From Octopus bimaculoides (lineage: Eukaryota): 44,247 bases of DNA. The translations under genes and the position numbers were made by a program. This document shows, piece after piece, positions 24,553 through 36,760 of this stretch. Below the pieces are notes generated by a model. It was not told where the DNA came from. It worked only from the letters and a program-made list of their open reading frames with translations, and ran no database searches. The stretch's first letter is position 1; each line of letters begins with the position of its first letter. The DNA is taken from NCBI RefSeq assembly GCF_001194135.2, contig NC_068983.1:64363232-64407478 (forward strand). The letters run 5' to 3'.

Positions 24553-24805
24553 CTCTATCTCTCTAGCCTGCTATCTGTCTGTCTATGTATCTATCCATAT
24601 GTATGTGTGTTTATGCATGCGTGTATAATATAAAAACTTTACATGCATGCATAAGTACATACATACGTACATGTATATGTACATGCACCTGCACACAGAC
24701 GCATACGCATACTAATATATATTGAAAGAGAGGAGAAGTGGGGAGAGAGTGGGTGGAATTCTGATACCTATGTTATACAGAGCTTTCGTTTATTTATGAT
24801 TACAA
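23745..24805. repeat. Diverged ~190-bp direct repeat pair (23745-23935 / 24610-24805)
   Basis: Shared TGCGTGTATAA..CATGCATGCATAA..TATATTGAAAGAGAGGAGAA..ATTCTGATACC..CAGAGCT.TCGTTT.TTTATGATT, with many substitutions. Confidence 0.8.
24385..24600. repeat. (TCTA)n/(TCTG)n tetranucleotide array
   Basis: Direct observation. Confidence 0.97.
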
Positions 24806-25199
24806 ATATAGATTTTCAAATAAATATCATATGAGGCGAACTGACGAAGCTACTTCTATGTAGTAATTTGAGCAGTTAGATGTAGTAGTGACATTTATCT
24901 CAAGTCATCGGGTACGCGCTGACACAAGATGAGATATATGGCGTGATGTTATGTTGTTTTACATGTATTATGCCTGGATAAGTGACGTAACTGTTACGCT
25001 TGTGATTTTATATCTACTGGTGGGTGAGAAATTACAACAAGCAGCAATATATCTATTGGTGGATAGGAAATTACAAGCAGCAATAAAACGTGTCAAGCAT
25101 TTCGCTGCAAACAACTGAATGATTTAGTAATCGTATCATGATGTTGAAATATATTCATAAATAAAACAATAAAGATCTCCTTAACTTTCAAATGGCTGC

Positions 25200-25660
25200 T
25201 AACACGAGAATGTAAGATTAAACTGTTGCCAAGGGGTACCGTTGATATATTTTGTTAGAAATTTGCATCAGTGTATAGAGTAAAGTAATTGCAACAATAT
25301 GATGTAAATATCCAAATTCTAAGAATATTTTGTTGATGTTTGGTGAAATAATAATTTGAAGGAGTGAGAGAATATAACTAGTCATCATATTGGATAGATG
25401 GAATAAATTATGAGGTATTACTTCTGAAACGAACAAGTACATCACACATGCTGTTCTTTCAAATCTTATATTTAATGTTGTCACTCTCTCATAATAGCAA
25501 AAGCGTTGTGAATTTTATGTTAGGTTTTAAGCGAGGAGAATAGTATCTCGCCTAGATGTATTTTTAGGAGTATCCAAATGTATGAACCCTGTTTTACGTT
25601 TTAAAATAATTTTGATATATACAGGCGTGCACACAATCACTCTCTGTTTTACTACTTCCC
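25200..25660 (-). pseudogene. Decayed nAChR-like fragment G (beta10-M1-M2-M3, single frame)
   Basis: ORFs 25527-25727 and 25218-25484 are in the same frame and read IKIILKRKTGF...TILLA*NLT*...YERVT...YLFVSEVIPHN...SYILSLLQIIIS...YLHH. Landmarks LKRK, (SG)ERV, SExxPHN and LHH occur in family order. Confidence 0.6.
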
Positions 25661-26146
25661 TTTCTATCATGCATACATAATAAATACATACATTTACACA
25701 CACATAAACATATACACACGCACACACTCATTTCATTTTCTTATGAAGATGGGTTCTTTCTACTAATCACAGGTCAGTGTGTCTGGTCGGGCTTTTCCTC
25801 CTTCAGCGGCGTCTATAATTTTCTGCAATTCATGGACTTTATCGCAATGACGCTCTTCTAGTTACTACATTCCTATCTAAACCGCCATTGAAGAAAGCCA
25901 GAATTTACCCTCCATAAGTTTTTCGCTAAAATTAACTTAGCCATTACATTTTAACGTAACACTAAAATATCCACGTCCGAGACGTAAACTTGAATTTAAG
26001 CTCTTCTTTATTTTCGTCGGACCCTATACCTAACGAATATCTATAGTACACTAATGTTCGCTCTGATTATCTCAGGCCATGTTAAATAGCGTCGTTAAAG
26101 ATATTTCTATTAGAATTACTGATCTATTTACAACTGAAAGAATATC

Positions 26147-26260
26147 GGTTTCAAATTTGACACAAGGGAAGCTATTTCTGAGAAGGAGGTAAGTCGATTA
26201 CGTCGATACAAGTGATCAACTGGTATTTATTTTGTTACCTCTGAAAGGATGAAAGGCAAC
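26147..26260 (-). mobile_element. 3' half of SINE family 1
   Basis: Reverse complement of the 3' part of 4997-5201 (GCCTTTCATCC...GTATCGACGTAATCGACTTA...CAAATTTGAAAC). Confidence 0.75.
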
Positions 26261-27494
26261 CCAAAAACGGAAAGACTAAAAAAAAAATGTCGCAAAGTGT
26301 GTTGTCTGTTGTGCTAACGCTTCTGCCAACTCCTTGCAATCGCAACTGAAAAAAATATTAAATAAACCTACCATATTTTACAATCAAACAGATAATCCCT
26401 CAAAATAAAATTCTTACCTAATTCCAACCTTATGAAATACTTAACGCAGTTTGATCCGATTTCTAGGCATTTCAAACCCAAGAGCTTAACATTTCCTAAT
26501 AACGATACAGTCCAATCCCTCGACCCGAAACATACAACTCACCGAACATATCCAACAGCTTTTTCTTAAACCCAAGATAAATCATACAATAAATAATCCT
26601 GGGTTAAAATATATTCCAGATACCCAGTGAAATTTGAATGCCACACACCTAAGTTTACTTAATAAGGGTGGGGTGACAAATATACTTTTGTACCTTCTTC
26701 CTTCTCTTCTTTTCTATTATACAATCACTTCTTTTCAAACACACACACACACACGCAAACACACAANNNNNNNNNNNNNNNNNNNNNNNNNNNNNNNNNN
26801 NNNNNNNNNNNNNNNNNNNNNNNNNNNNNNNNNNNNNNNNNNNNNNNNNNNNNNNNNNNNNNNNNNNNNNNNNNNNNNNNNNNNNNNNNNNNNNNNNNNN
26901 NNNNNNNNNNNNNNNNNNNNNNNNNNNNNNNNNNNNNNNNNNNNNNNNNNNNNNNNNNNNNNNNNNNNNNNNNNNNNNNNNNNNNNNNNNNNNNNNNNNN
27001 NNNNNNNNNNNNNNNNNNNNNNNNNNNNNNNNNNNNNNNNNNNNNNNNNNNNNNNNNNNNNNNNNNNNNNNNNNNNNNNNNNNNNNNNNNNNNNNNNNNN
27101 NNNNNNNNNNNNNNNNNNNNNNNNNNNNNNNNNNNNNNNNNNNNNNNNNNNNNNNNNNNNNNNNNNNNNNNNNNNNNNNNNNNNNNNNNNNNNNNNNNNN
27201 NNNNNNNNNNNNNNNNNNNNNNNNNNNNNNNNNNNNNNNNNNNNNNNNNNNNNNNNNNNNNNNNNNNNNNNNNNNNNNNNNNNNNNNNNNNNNNNNNATT
27301 CCTGCAGAACTAATGTGGGGTATAGAATATGGAATATACAATATATAATATGATATACAATATACAATATAAAATAAAATAAAATAAAAATGGATGGCAC
27401 CATGAAAGAAAGTATTGAATGTAGATGAAATATTGAGTGTTCAATATAAAGGATCAAATATATAAATATATAAATATAAATATATATATATAAA

Positions 27495-27536
27495 GGCTAC
27501 TCGAGTTTCAGGGCTATTTCCCTTCGTCATGGCCGG
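27495..27536 (-). ncRNA. Minimal type-I hammerhead-ribozyme-like motif, nearly complete fold
   Basis: Minus strand reads GGC-C(A)UGACGA-AGGG(aaauag)CCCU-GAA-ACUCGAGU-A-GCC. Stem I is 3 bp, stem II is a perfect 4 bp, stem III is an 8-nt palindrome and the cleavage triplet is GUA. There is one extra A in the CUGA core. Confidence 0.55.
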
Positions 27537-28129
27537 TATGACAGACTTTAACATATGTGTGTGTGTGGGTGTGTGTGTGTGGGTGTGTGTCTGTGTGTGT
27601 GTGTAAAGAGAGAGATAAAGAAGTCAGAAGAGAGCTGTTTAATTGGTAGACTCATTAGTAAGCCTGATAGAATGCTTTGCGGCATTAATCCCGGCACTCT
27701 GCCCAATGAGTTCCATTGTCTCAGACCTCAACTTTGCTTTTTCTATCTCCCGAATTAGTAAATAAATAAATTACCGCTGAAGTATATGTGTCGGGTTTTC
27801 TTTATCGCTTTCTTATATTCTCACTGGAAGATATAGAGTTATGTACATTTTGAGGGAAGGATGAGCTCGATAAATGTTATTAGCAAGATACGTGTCTATC
27901 TCTGATTCAGCTACCATGATATTTGAAGAAACGTCCTCAACTACTACTCTCCACTCTCACACGCTCAATCCCACATATATATGTGTATGTGTATGTGTAT
28001 GTATGTTTACGTATGTGAATATGTGTGTGCATGTGTGTATGTGTATGTACGTACATATCAATTTATATGTATATGAATGTTAGCAGCCGTGCCCTGCCTT
28101 CAAAAGTAATGTAAATCTAAGACAAGAGT

Positions 28130-28560
28130 ATTCTCATGAATTCATAATATTTTTCATGAATTGCTTAAAAATAAGAAAAAAATTGCTGCATTCAAAGTCT
28201 TCAGAATATTGTTCAATTTCGCTTCATAAAAATGTGAAAGGAAAGCAAACAATTATACAACCTAAAATAATATAATATATTTTCATTGCATATTCTCATT
28301 TTCTCTGAAGACATACTTGTTTTAGCAAAATTATCAACTCTTTTCCATAATTACTCTAAATGAATTATTTTTCTCATCTGAAAAATTTCCAATGTCGATT
28401 GCACGGCTTGCGGGTATACAATATTCTTAATTTCTTTTGCTGTCTGATGTAAAGCAAACTTCACGAAAATCACATATAGTGTGAACATCTCCTTGAAACT
28501 TTTGCATCTGTTGGAAAGATTCAAGTACTAAAGTACAAAAGTATGGCATACAACTTACAG
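28130..28560 (-). pseudogene. Decayed nAChR-like fragment P (Cys-loop to beta10)
   Basis: SRAIDIGNFSDEK at 28408-28370 (cf. SCxIDIxxFPFDxQ; cgt for tgt, tca for cca, one codon lost). Then FRENE..* (cf. FxENxEW) and SFHIFMKRN at ~28242-28216. Confidence 0.55.
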
Positions 28561-28579
28561 TCATGTATGTGTATGCACA

Positions 28580-28618
<39 letters not shown>

Positions 28619-29055
28619 CTGTGTGTCTATGTTTGTATTTCTACAGAAGTTTATANNNNNNNNNNNNNNNNNNNNNNNNNNNNNNNNNNNNNNNNNNNNN
28701 NNNNNNNNNNNNNNNNNNNNNNNNNNNNNNNNNNNNNNNNNNNNNNNNNNNNNNNNNNNNNNNNNNNNNNNNNNNNNNNNNNNNNNNNNNNNNNNNNNNN
28801 NNNNNNNNNNNNNNNNNNNNNNNNNNNNNNNNNNNNNNNNNNNNNNNNNNNNNNNNNNNNNNNNNNNNNNNNNNNNNNNNNNNNNNNNNNNNNNNNNNNN
28901 NNNNNNNNNNNNNNNNNNNNNNNNNNNNNNNNNNNNNNNNNNNNNNNNNNNNNNNNNNNNNNNNNNNNNNNNNNNNNNNNNNNNNNNNNNNNNNNNNNNN
29001 NNNNNNNNNNNNNNNNNNNNNNNNNNNNNNNNNNNNNNNNNNNNNNNNNNNNNNN

Positions 29056-30212
29056 CGTACAAAGTTTGAATTGTCCCCAAAGGAATTTTTCTCCATTCTT
29101 CAGCTAAAACAGTCTCCAGTTCTTGTAGTGATGATGGTAGAGGATATCGACTCCTTAGTTGTTTGTCTAAAATGCACCATAAATATTCAATAATATTGAG
29201 ATATGGGGACTGTAGTGGCCAGATAAGTTGTTCAACGTCACTAGAATGTCCGTCGTGTCATTCAGTAACAACTTTAGTTGTGTGAATAGGTGCATTATCA
29301 TCCTGAAAGATTCCGTTTCCTTCCGGAAACAGTCTCGTAAGCATAGGCTGAGTTTGATCAGCTAAAATGCTTAAATAGTCTTGACTTTTAATTCTGCTCT
29401 TACAGAAAACCATTGGGCCGGCGGGTTTCCAAGATATAGCCCCCACCCCTATCATCAGAGATCCTCCTCCATGTTTAACATTTGGAAGAAGGCAGTCTGA
29501 GTAAAATGCTTCTTTTGGCTGTTTCCACACGCGTACTCGGCTGGTGGTTGGCAATAAAGTAAAGGATGACTCGTGCGAGAAAATAACATTCTTCCACTGC
29601 TCCAGGGACCAAATCTGTATGTTTATTACTCCACTTTAAACGCTTTGAAACGTTTGTTTTTCAAAATAGTGGTTTTGTGATTGAAGCCCTCCCATAAAAT
29701 CCAGCTTTGTTCAGCTCCCGGCTAACAGTTTTTGTGGGAACTGGGTTTTCGAGGTGTTTATTAAGCTCTACAGAATTTTGGTAGCTGTACTTTAATGATC
29801 CTTTCTAAAAATTCGTGTAATAGCCCGATGGTCTCTGTCTAAAAGTTTTGGTATTCTTCCGTAGTTTTGTTTCGACGAGGAGGTTTTTCCCTGTTTCCCA
29901 AAGGCTGTCATTGCTCTCGAGACAGTACTTCTTGATACACCAGCAATTTCGACTATTTCCATAACACTAGCTCCTGCCATAAGAGCAACAACAATTTGAC
30001 ATCCTTGAAAGTCCGATAGATCCGTCATTTTAATGAATTTTAATTACCTTTTTCTAATATCTGAAAAGAAACAGCAATTTTAGCAAAACATATTAAGCAG
30101 AACTAATAATACATCTAGAAAGATAAAAATAAACAAGCTTAGATGGTTTTATAGATATTTCAAAATTGTGATGCTATGATGCTAGGTGTTTCCATTATTT
30201 TGTCCAACTCCT
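29056..30212 (-). mobile_element. Tc1-like DNA transposon, decayed; distal end lost in the N-gap
   Basis: TIR (minus) AGGAGTTGGACAAAATAATGGAAACACC at 30212-30185. HTH ORF 29792-30028; DDE ORF 29258-29554 (VKHGGGSLMI...FQDDNAPIHT); WPLQSPYLNIIEYLW near 29220-29180. Confidence 0.92.
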
Positions 30213-31619
30213 AGGTGTGCACTTGCGTACACAGTCACACACACGCACACACACAAAAATATAAATATATACTTATTCATATATAGGTTTTTATACATGG
30301 ATGTGTGTCTGCGTGCGTGCGTGCGTGCCCAGTTGAAATAGCCTTAGACTATAATAATAGTTAATGTAATGTTTACAGAGTTTACACAAACGTGCAATCG
30401 GGGAGAGAACTCCATAATTTCTCGTTCTGAGGGCGCAGCACACGTGATTCGACCACACTTCTACCATTTTCAGTAAAGGATTTTCGTCTGCTAGACATAG
30501 TTGTTTTTCACCTCAGCTTGCAATATACGAGGATAAAACTGTCACGCAGACACTGGTTTTACAATTAGACAATTAGCTCGTTAAGAAAATATTTTTGAGT
30601 CGAAGTCTGTACTTATACTGAGAAGTATTGTTTATCGGCACCTGTCACCCGCCGCATCCGTGAGAGCTGGCAGCTTCACCTCAATTAGTGTGTATGGGCA
30701 TACTTGCTACGGTGCTTATACATATGGTTTCTGGTATATAGCAGCAATTTGTTTCTACTCGCGTTCGCGAATAAGTGGTCATGTTTCAGCTCTCTATAAC
30801 AGCTGCCTATATCAGTTCTATGAGTGTGTGTGTATGTGTGCGTGTCTTTTTGTGTGTTAGTGTGTGCGTGTTTGTGTGTGTCTCTCTGTGTGTGTGTATG
30901 TGTTTGCGTGATGTATATGTGTGTGTTCGCGAATGTGTTTTACATGCTTGTACGGGTGTGTATATGTATAGATGATTGAGGCACGTACGTATTTACATTC
31001 CTGTATTACGTATGAATGTGTGCGTTTTTTGTTCTGGAAGATCATATATGTATGTGTGCGTATGCATTTTCAGGTGTTTGCGTATGTTGGTGTGTACATA
31101 TGTATCTCTGCTTTTGGTATTTGTGTGTATGAATATAATACATGTGCGCTTATGTAGTTCCGACAGCGTTGCTGAACTTGTCATAAGATTGAGGTTTTTT
31201 GGTGTTGAGGGAGAATGAAATAAATGAAAATATTACATTCATAGATGTGCACGCGTGGTGTGTGTAAAAATATTGCATTCATATTACATTCATATGTGCG
31301 TTTGTGTGTGTATGTGTGTGCGTGTGTGTGTGTGTGTGTGTGTGCGGGCGTTTGAGCGGACAACCACATATATGGAGACGAAGGTGCTTATATTTGGAAG
31401 GTTAGCCTGGGTCTGCGTAGGTACCAGGTTGTAGGAACCTTACCTTTGGATCTGAGGCAGTGCTGTGGTGCAGCCAGTGTTAAGGTTGTATATTTGGGTT
31501 CTGTTGCGGTGAGAGTCATTGACAGCCCTGGGGAATTGGAATAATGGACTAACCGAAATCTTATAAAGTGTAGTGGTCTGTAGTAGTCGGGAGGGAGCGC
31601 TTTGGTAGTCTCGTGAAGT

Positions 31620-33133
31620 AGGTCGATTGAACACCGAAATCGGACGAGTTTCTCATAAAAATGAAAACGATAGTGAGATCAGAAGAAGCAAATAAAACGT
31701 ACACGTATCTGAGCATAACAGAGTTTCGAATTTGTATTCGATTTAGGATAATGTGCTTAAGTATGCACAGAGGGTCATGCATGCCACAAGGTCGAATGTT
31801 AAAGGAATTCCACGCTGGTCATCCAAAACTTTATAGAATGAAGTCGCTTATGAGGAGTTACGTTTACTTGAAAAGAATGGACCTAGATATCGAAAAGTTG
31901 GTAAACAAATGCAGAGGGTGTGATCTAACAGCGAAATAACCACCTACAAATTTCAACCTTGGTCCAAGACCGATATTCTATGTCCAGAATACACATAGAC
32001 TTCGCAGGACCGTTAAACCGATCATATTATCTAATTGTGGTAAATAGCTTTAATAAATGGCTAGAAATATGTAAATGCAGAAGACCGACATCTAAATGAA
32101 CTTTGTGCTAAGTATGGTGTCCTAAATACCATATTTTCCGATAACGGTACACAATTCATTGCGAAGTAATTTAAGAATTTTGGCAAAATTTACTCAATGG
32201 AACATATTACTATTCCTCCGTATCACCCAAGACCTAACGGTTTTTGGCAAAATTTACTCACTGGAACATATTACCATTCCTCCGTATCACCCAAGACCTA
32301 ACGGTTCGCGGAAAGATTCGTGGATACATTTAAAAGAGCACCGAAGAAATGAAGAAACATGCTAGTCGATGACGCAGAATTGAGAAAATTATTGAGGGCT
32401 TTTAGGATAACATCAAACCCAAACACTTTTTCACGCAAGTCGCCAGTGGAACTCATGTTTGCTCGAAAAATAAAGTCAAATTTTGAGAAATTGCTACCAG
32501 CGACAAAAAAAAAAGGGGGAAAACACAAAAGATACGACAAAGTTTTTTAGATATCGGTTAGAAGGTGCTTTTCAAAATATATAAAAATTAAAGTCAACGT
32601 TTGGAAGACGGAGTAGTAAAGAAAATAATACGCAAAATGTCATGTATGATAAGAGGCGAAAAATGGGAACACAAAAGGCATTTAAACCAGCTAAAAATAA
32701 ATATACGAAAACAAAAAAAAACGAAACGAGATACCCATGGAAGTGTTCTATGACACCTTTGATGCCCCAACGCCACAAGAAATTGTACCTAGTCGTAGCA
32801 GCACATGTAATAGGAAGCAAAAAGAACGGTTAGTAGTAGTGCCTAAACGGAAGATATATTAAACTTCTCTAGGAGTAAAATCTCGAAAAGGGTGATGTGA
32901 TGACAAGAATAAATAAATAGAAATAATATTAACTTGCAGCGGAAGACACTCTCAAAGGGGGAAATATTCTGGCGAGAGACATTGACACTTCTGGGGGCTA
33001 GAAGAATGGACTAGCTGAAATCTTATAGAGAGTAGAGGTGGGTAGTATTCTAGAGAGAGTGTTTTACTAGTCTCGCGAAGTACGTCGTGGGTACACATTG
33101 ATTAACCTCCGCTTCATTAGTTATATATTCAAC
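31620..33133 (+). mobile_element. Ty3/Gypsy LTR retrotransposon 3' portion (integrase, PPT and putative LTR)
   Basis: HHCC finger FHAGHP...MKSLMRSYVY...DIEKLVNKCRGC, core remnants DFAGPLN, FSDNGTQF and PPYHPRPNG. PPT GAAAAGGGTGA (32885-32895) is followed by TG... at 32896; the putative LTR runs to ~33133. Confidence 0.85.
32178..32305 (+). repeat. 64-bp tandem duplication inside the Gypsy integrase
   Basis: TTTTGGCAAAATTTACTCA.TGGAACATATTAC.ATTCCTCCGTATCACCCAAGACCTAACGGT occurs twice with period 64 and 2 mismatches. Confidence 0.9.
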
Positions 33134-33134
33134 T

Positions 33135-34035
33135 TGTGTCAAGGATATAAATGGTTCTCGGCAGCCAACGGCTTAAAGTTCACCAAGAGGACGTGCCTCG
33201 GATAGCAGCAAAAAAGATATTTCGTACCACTAGTTGATAGGCACAGCAGGTTGGTAGTCTTTCGCGAAGAGAAAGATGGCAATTGAGGGCACTTGATGCG
33301 TAAGGTGACGTCTACCGATGATACTCTCTGCGATGTTGGAAGTTTCATTCCGGAATTCAAGAAGTCTCCAAAATAAGTGAGAGAATGAGATGCAATTTTT
33401 TCTATGCCTGCGTCTAGAAGAATGCACATGTAACGAGTACCTTCTCTTGAAGTCATTTGCCGTCATACTCTTGTAGTACCTTATAATTGCATTGGATTTG
33501 TGTGGGTGGCAGGATCCTCCTTGACGACAACTGGCAGTGTTTCGGTATTTGCAGTTTTGGATTGGAGTTAGAGGTTGTGCAGGTGCAATGATTGTGTGTG
33601 TTGTATAATGCTATGCTAAAAGCGATGTGCTCTAAAGAGGAGTATCACTTTTGACATTATGCGGGTTGAAAAGTTTATAATTGCTCCTTGAGAAATACTT
33701 CTTAATCAACGACAGGTGTATCCTAGCTAAGTTGATGGAAACTTCTAGGTTAAACAGAGGAAATATATTATTTTCCACTCTCTGATTTTCGTCGGGTGCG
33801 GATGTGTCGGCGAGAACTCCTTTTTATATACTAACTTCTCGGAAAAACCCCTCCTCACCAATGTGACATTGTAGTGGAGATCACCCTATTGGTTGAAAGC
33901 TAAGATATGCTTCTACTAACGTCTGAAACTAGGTTTCTAATTACACGTGTAGTGATACACGCTTTTGTGGATGTACACAGTTTCCTCGGTAGCTTTCCGG
34001 TAAGAATAATGTTTGTTCATTTACATGTCTAAGGT
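33135..34035 (-). mobile_element. Decayed Penelope-like element (RT C-terminus and GIY-YIG)
   Basis: YSYRKATEETVYIHKS; FPLFNLEVSINLARIHLSLIKKYF...KLFNPHNVK; YKSMTANDFKRRYSLH...SHLFWRL (GIY-YIG). Confidence 0.75.
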
Positions 34036-34069
34036 TCCGTCTAGGGTTCCGTCTAGGGTTCCGTCTAGG
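34029..34069. repeat. 12-bp tandem repeat (CTAGGGTTCCGT) x~3.5
   Basis: Direct observation at the end of the Penelope fragment. Confidence 0.9.
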
Positions 34070-34499
34070 CAGCCGACCGTCGTCAGGTGTTCATTAATAT
34101 TATTAAAGTGCTGCTTCTACCATTTACTTTGCACATAGTGCTCCGCCGTACGCGCCTGTATATACATGCTAACATGTACAATGGAGTGAGGAATTCGTTA
34201 TAGTACATACTTTTACATTTGTTCCACTGCTATTTTATCAGATAACTATTACTACCATGTTATTATATATGTATAAGAATTCATTGCATCAGTATTATGA
34301 TACTAACGATGCAAAGATATCGTCTCACTAAGTTTATGTATACTATCCATTTATTCGATTAATTTTTATTTTGAAGAATATATACACTTTGTCTAATATA
34401 TTCTTAACACACCATTTCCATATCATAATCTAAACAAAAAAAACGAAAACAAATGCATACAAGGCCACAAATACAAGTTGTGTAGGAGTTCAAAAAAGT

Positions 34500-35340
34500 A
34501 TTTAAAAAATACATAGATTCTTGGCTTAATGATACTCCATAGACACAGCAATAAATAACTAAATTAAGACATAAATAATGGATCAATATGCGATAACAGA
34601 ACTCTCTGTCTCGTGAACCATGAGGAGTGTTGAGAATCATGAGAAATATGGAGGGGTATTTTGACTTTTGTTTATAATTTTGAATGATGCAACGTAGTTA
34701 CGCCTTCAACTTTACAAATGCTACATCAGTATATATATCAATACATTGTCTTGAATCCAGACAGTGCTTTAGCATACAATGTTTTTTACGGAGACATTAT
34801 TTTCTTAAAGGACATGCAGCTTTCTTTTTACAGTTTTATTGTTTTATTATGGTATTATGAATATGGTACATCCCTCAGGATATACAGTGACAAACTTTAA
34901 TTTTGCATTACTGGGAAATGTATTGCATATTTCCTACCACTTTGACCTTTGTTTTTCTGGGGTTTTTTCTATTCTTATTACTAACAAACGTATTGTTAAT
35001 ACTACTTACTTAATTCAGTCCCTTAATATTTACATGTACGAATATAAATTATGTTATGTCGGATACGATAGTTTCAGTGTGTGTCTGTTGAACATTTTGT
35101 TATATATTTTTTTGGATTTATTGAAATGCTTATTCTATGCACTGAAAAAGCCATGTTTAATATTCAGTTAGCAATATTGTTGAAAGACTATTGCTACGAT
35201 GTAATATATTTAATTTATTATATAATATTATTTCGACAAGTATCTTATTGGAAAAGTGTAGATGAAACAATTGTAGAATTATATAATGAAGAGTGTATTC
35301 CCAATCCAATATCTATTGTTTACACTTTAATACATTCATA
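34500..35340 (+). pseudogene. Decayed nAChR-like fragment C (ECD to pre-M4)
   Basis: NDAT*LRLQLYKCYISI...*IQT at 34683-34764 (cf. NDGTVxWxPxxLYKSSC...PFDxQTC); M1-like IFPTTLTFVFLGFFLFLL; EML..TEK..FNIQLAILL (M2-M3 loop and M3); YWKSV. Confidence 0.4.
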
Positions 35341-35779
35341 AGTATATACACGTACACACATTTTAATATGTATGTGTTTCTGTGCGTGTAGGTGCGTGTG
35401 TGTGCGTGCGTGCATATTTGAGTGTGTGTTGGTATGTCTTTTATCACAAATATATGAGCGATACTTAATCTATTAAATACCTATTAAATTAGTGGAGTTG
35501 TTATAATCGATTAGGATATTTGAAGGCTTTGTTCCAGCATAGTTATATTCATACAATTGTAAAATAATTATAATTATAGTTATAATTATTAAAAAAAAAA
35601 AACGAGAAGAACAGTTTTCAAATATATGTTGCTAATATAACATATTTGTTTGTATACAATCATTTTTACTGGGTAGCAGACTTTTTAACATGCTGTGTAC
35701 TGAACTTTTTACAAGCACTTTAACTATTAAATCTATATACCGCTTCTTTATAGAAGGAGTGGTTTTTCTAAAGCTTCTC

Positions 35780-36760
35780 GCATTGTACATGGTAACATAA
35801 CATAAACCTCGAAAACAACACTAAACATTCTGTACATAAATGTTTCTATGTTACTAGTAAAATAATTCACTCATACATGTGGAACAGTTGGATTTCATGT
35901 TCTTGTTTGATGTTTCTCTCTTTCTTCATTGTCTGCCATAAATACTAATTTTCTTTTATAGAACGTCTATATAGAAGAGACAGGATTTCCATAGTCACGC
36001 ATGAGACTTATCTGCAGAGATTCTGCAGCACAGCACCTCGGCGTATGAGAGAAAAATGAAGAATCAAAATAAATACGTGCAAGTTTCCTTTCTTTTTATG
36101 TATAGTAGATTTTTATTATTTATATATAAACTTCTCGTTTCCACATGATTTTATATTTCTGAAGCCACTGGATATTTTCCCCTCCAAATGCTTGGAAATA
36201 TGTATAATGTGATATTTAGTTAATGTTTCTACATACTACTTTAATACGTATCATTAAAGTAGTACGTGTCTATTGAACTCCCTAAATGGCATATCTTTCT
36301 CGTCCAGAAAAAAACTTTGTTGTCGTCTATGATATAAAGGATTCTGATACAAAATAAATTGCATTAAGCAGCTGTAGATATGTTTTAAGAATACTGTATG
36401 GATTATATTGTGTAATTTCCTTTCAATATTACTACGCATTAAGTATTGTACTTTATGATACAGTTTCAATTCTTTCAATTCTTAGTCGCGATATTGTACT
36501 ATATTTGTTTCTAGTATTGGCAATCGTTAGCCATGGTCATCAACTGCCAAGCCAATAATCAAGACGATGAGAATTTCCAAGTCTTTAAACGCTTTGCTAG
36601 AAACAGCAGTTATATGTACTTCAAACAAAGCTTTACATCTATAGCAACGAAAGGATGCTAAAGATAATAATTTGGTAGATTTTAAGTACTTCGAATCAAA
36701 GAAAACTTTCACTTTATATATCATAGTATTTGATCATTTGCCATTTCAATCAAAACTGAA
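35780..36760 (-). pseudogene. Decayed nAChR-like fragment D (near full span, ECD to M4)
   Basis: KAFKDLE..LAVDDHG*RLPILETN (ORF 36527-36724); NCIIK; FIFLSYA at 36060-36040 (M2-like); V*VNYFTSNIETFMYRMFSVVF at ~35877-35810 (cf. W..V...ID..F, M4). Confidence 0.5.

Noticed and set aside
24840-24870. CTGACGA-A-GCTAC...GTAG hammerhead-like start
   Set aside because: The GAAA half of the core is absent.
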